Positions 62,350-64,000 of a stretch of 64,000 nt of DNA are shown in pieces. Where the stretch lies: assembly GCA_000320545.1 (NCBI GenBank), contig ADNK01001003.1:1-64000 (forward strand), in the 5' to 3' direction. The position numbers and the translations under genes were made by a program. Each line of letters begins with the position of its first letter. Within the stretch, counting starts at the first letter, position 1. Below the pieces are notes generated by a model. The model saw nothing but the letters and a program-made list of their open reading frames with translations. It had not been told where the DNA came from and ran no database searches. This stretch comes from Bigelowiella natans CCMP2755. Its lineage: Eukaryota > Protista > Cercozoa.

Positions 62350-64000
62350 AGCAATTCTCCACCATCATGATCATTCTATCATATTTACCTCCTCCAACCC
62401 CCTATGATTCTAAAGCATCGTCATCCTTATATTATTGTAACCTCCTCCTCCACATTCCTTTTCTAACGCAAGGTGGTTCCCTTGGAGGAAAAGAAGAACC
62501 GTATGAAGAACATAAAAGGCGCTGTCGAAGAGCCTGCTGGCCTCACGCTCTCCATGATGATGCGTGTGGACACATCTGTCGGCATTGGTAAACGTGCCCC
62601 GTGCATGCTAATGAGCGCCAAGAGCGCGGTGGGTGAACCCATCTGCCGGCTGGACATGGACGAGACCAGCAACTTTACGCTCGATATCGGCGGCGGCGCC
62701 TCCACTTCTCGCTTCACCTTCGAAGATGCGGACGACGGCAAATGGCACCACGTGTGTGTGGTCCTCAATGATCAGAAGGTCGCTGTCAAGAAGGCAGACG
62801 GCGGGGACAGCAACAACAACGCCTCCCCACACAGCAAGAAAGCGGGCGCCCCTCCCTCACTCGAAGATGCGCGGCAGCTTGAGGAGAAGGCTAAGAAGGG
62901 AGACGAGGAGGAGAAAGAAGAAGAAAAGGAGGAGGAGAGCCTGAAGGAAATCCAGGTCTTGGTTGCGCGTGTGTTCATTGACAACAAGCTGCAGAAGGCA
63001 GGGTATGTCGACGAGAAGTACGAACGGTTTCAGGCTGTCCTCAAGTCCCTCCCCAAGTTCTGCAAGGAGCCATTGCAGCTGCACTACGTTCAAGGGTACA
63101 CAGGCTACGTCAGAGAGCTCGCGGCCTATCTGTTTCCGATGAAATCCTCCATGCTCCAGTGCCTCACAGATAGCGGGGTCAAGTTCGCGGCCGAGTACAT
63201 GAACCGAGGGCGTGGCGGGCAGGAGAAGATCGTGACCTACACGTTTGGTGACATGTCAGGAAATGCTCGGCTGCCAGACGGATGGGAGGCGCACGGAAAC
63301 GAGGACGTTCCAAGCAATCACTGGTTCGCCTTTAAGAACATTGGACTGGTGGAAATGCTCAAAAACAGCGCCAACCCGAAGGTGGCCTCGACGCTGGACC
63401 AGGATATGATGGAAACAAAGGTCATATCCTGTGCCGCGCCCAAGTCGACGCTCTTCAAGGTCCCAGTGCCGCTCGGGTCCAAGAAAAAGGCTGCGACGGA
63501 CGATTCCGCGGCCGTCAAGAAGTTCGTAAGCTCGAATAAGTTCCAGCTCAAGGGCTCCATGACCTTCGCGCCCAGCGCGCAAAAGGCGGGCAGCTTCGAC
63601 ACGAGGGGTATCATCCACTACCTGGGGTCGAAGGCGATGAACTCGAGCTCCTACATGAACCCCGCATCGGGCAGCAGTAAGCTGGTGCTGGTACGCCACT
63701 CGTTACAAGGCTCGCAATCCGCGCCGGAGTCTCACTTGACCAACTACAGCGCAGTCCCCGCGACCAACAAGAAGGGCCAGCCGAGCTGGATCTCGTTCGA
63801 CTTTGGCGCGCTGATGGTGAAGCCCACGCACTACGCGCTGAAGCACTGGAACCAAGCCAATTACGCTCTTCGACACTGGTGCTTCGAGGGCTCCAACGAC
63901 AACGTCGAGTGGGAGCAGCTTAACAAGCACACAAACGATGCGTCTCTGTACGCCGCGGGCTCGACGAAGCTCTGGAGCGTCGCGCAGAATAAAGACCAGT
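37291..64000 (+). CDS. Giant HERC1-like multidomain protein, probable E3 ubiquitin ligase, 3' end outside the window; exons 37291-37413, 37486-37545, 37712-38225, 38355-38456, 38581-42662, 42981-53143 (frameshift ~52310), 53470-55749, 55968-60140, 60285-60579, 60843-62242, 62473->64000
   Basis: All ten GT-AG junctions preserve frame, giving ~8,240 codons in the window. HERC1-like N-terminal motifs (LLSMGARMGI...PLSI; ALARGTVSDVL); RCC1 repeats (~48130-49230, ~53110-54545); ~14 SPRY domains; HECTD1-type DFDENGII..LG...W.NPA domains x3. No HECT or RING domain is visible here, so ligase activity is inferred. Confidence 0.85.
42719..42780. repeat. Perfect 31-bp tandem duplication in an intron
   Basis: tatggatgattgaacgactgatgaattggtc x2. 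Confidence 0.95.
60613..60835. repeat. Intronic (TG)n and (CAT/CAC)n simple repeats
   Basis: Directly visible, within intron 60580-60842. Confidence 0.9.
62255..62346. repeat. Intronic poly-C, (CT)n and (TG)n repeats
   Basis: Directly visible, within intron 62243-62472. Confidence 0.9.

Noticed and set aside
38507-63930. Antisense and alternative-frame ORFs (up to 330 aa) over the HERC-like gene
   Set aside because: Shadow ORFs from GC3-biased codons; none has a recognisable domain.
1-64000. tRNA, rRNA or snRNA genes
   Set aside because: None recognised by eye. tRNAscan-SE/Infernal would be needed to exclude them.

Overview
This is eukaryotic nuclear DNA with GT-AG introns (mostly 53-72 nt) and many microsatellites. 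A signal-plus-transit-type leader on one gene suggests an alga with a complex plastid, most plausibly a chlorarachniophyte such as Bigelowiella (inferred, not proven). Hand-spliced gene models, left to right: an intronless HMG-box factor preceded by a degenerate inverted repeat; a plastid-targeted Rubisco-LSMT-like SET methyltransferase; a 7TM GPCR-like protein; an intronless secreted protein with DUF3626/ADP-ribosyltransferase-like motifs; a ~2,860-aa polycystin-1-like REJ/GAIN receptor that ends in a PDZ domain instead of a channel; a divergent ARP2; a frameshifted SRPBCC protein; TMEM14; and a giant HERC1-like gene. The HERC1-like gene encodes more than 8,200 aa in the window and runs off its end. 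It carries about 14 SPRY domains (one apparently circularly permuted), 2 RCC1-like domains, 3 HECTD1-type galactose-binding-like domains, and fascin, CUB-like, LamG, Tudor and UBA modules, plus a 1-bp frameshift. Three 3'-end remnants of one LINE family are present. Decayed purine/pyrimidine-alternating DNA fills the tail-to-tail intergenic gaps and shows a hint of CpA->TpA (RIP-like) mutation. All domain calls are by-eye motif recognition; no searches were run.
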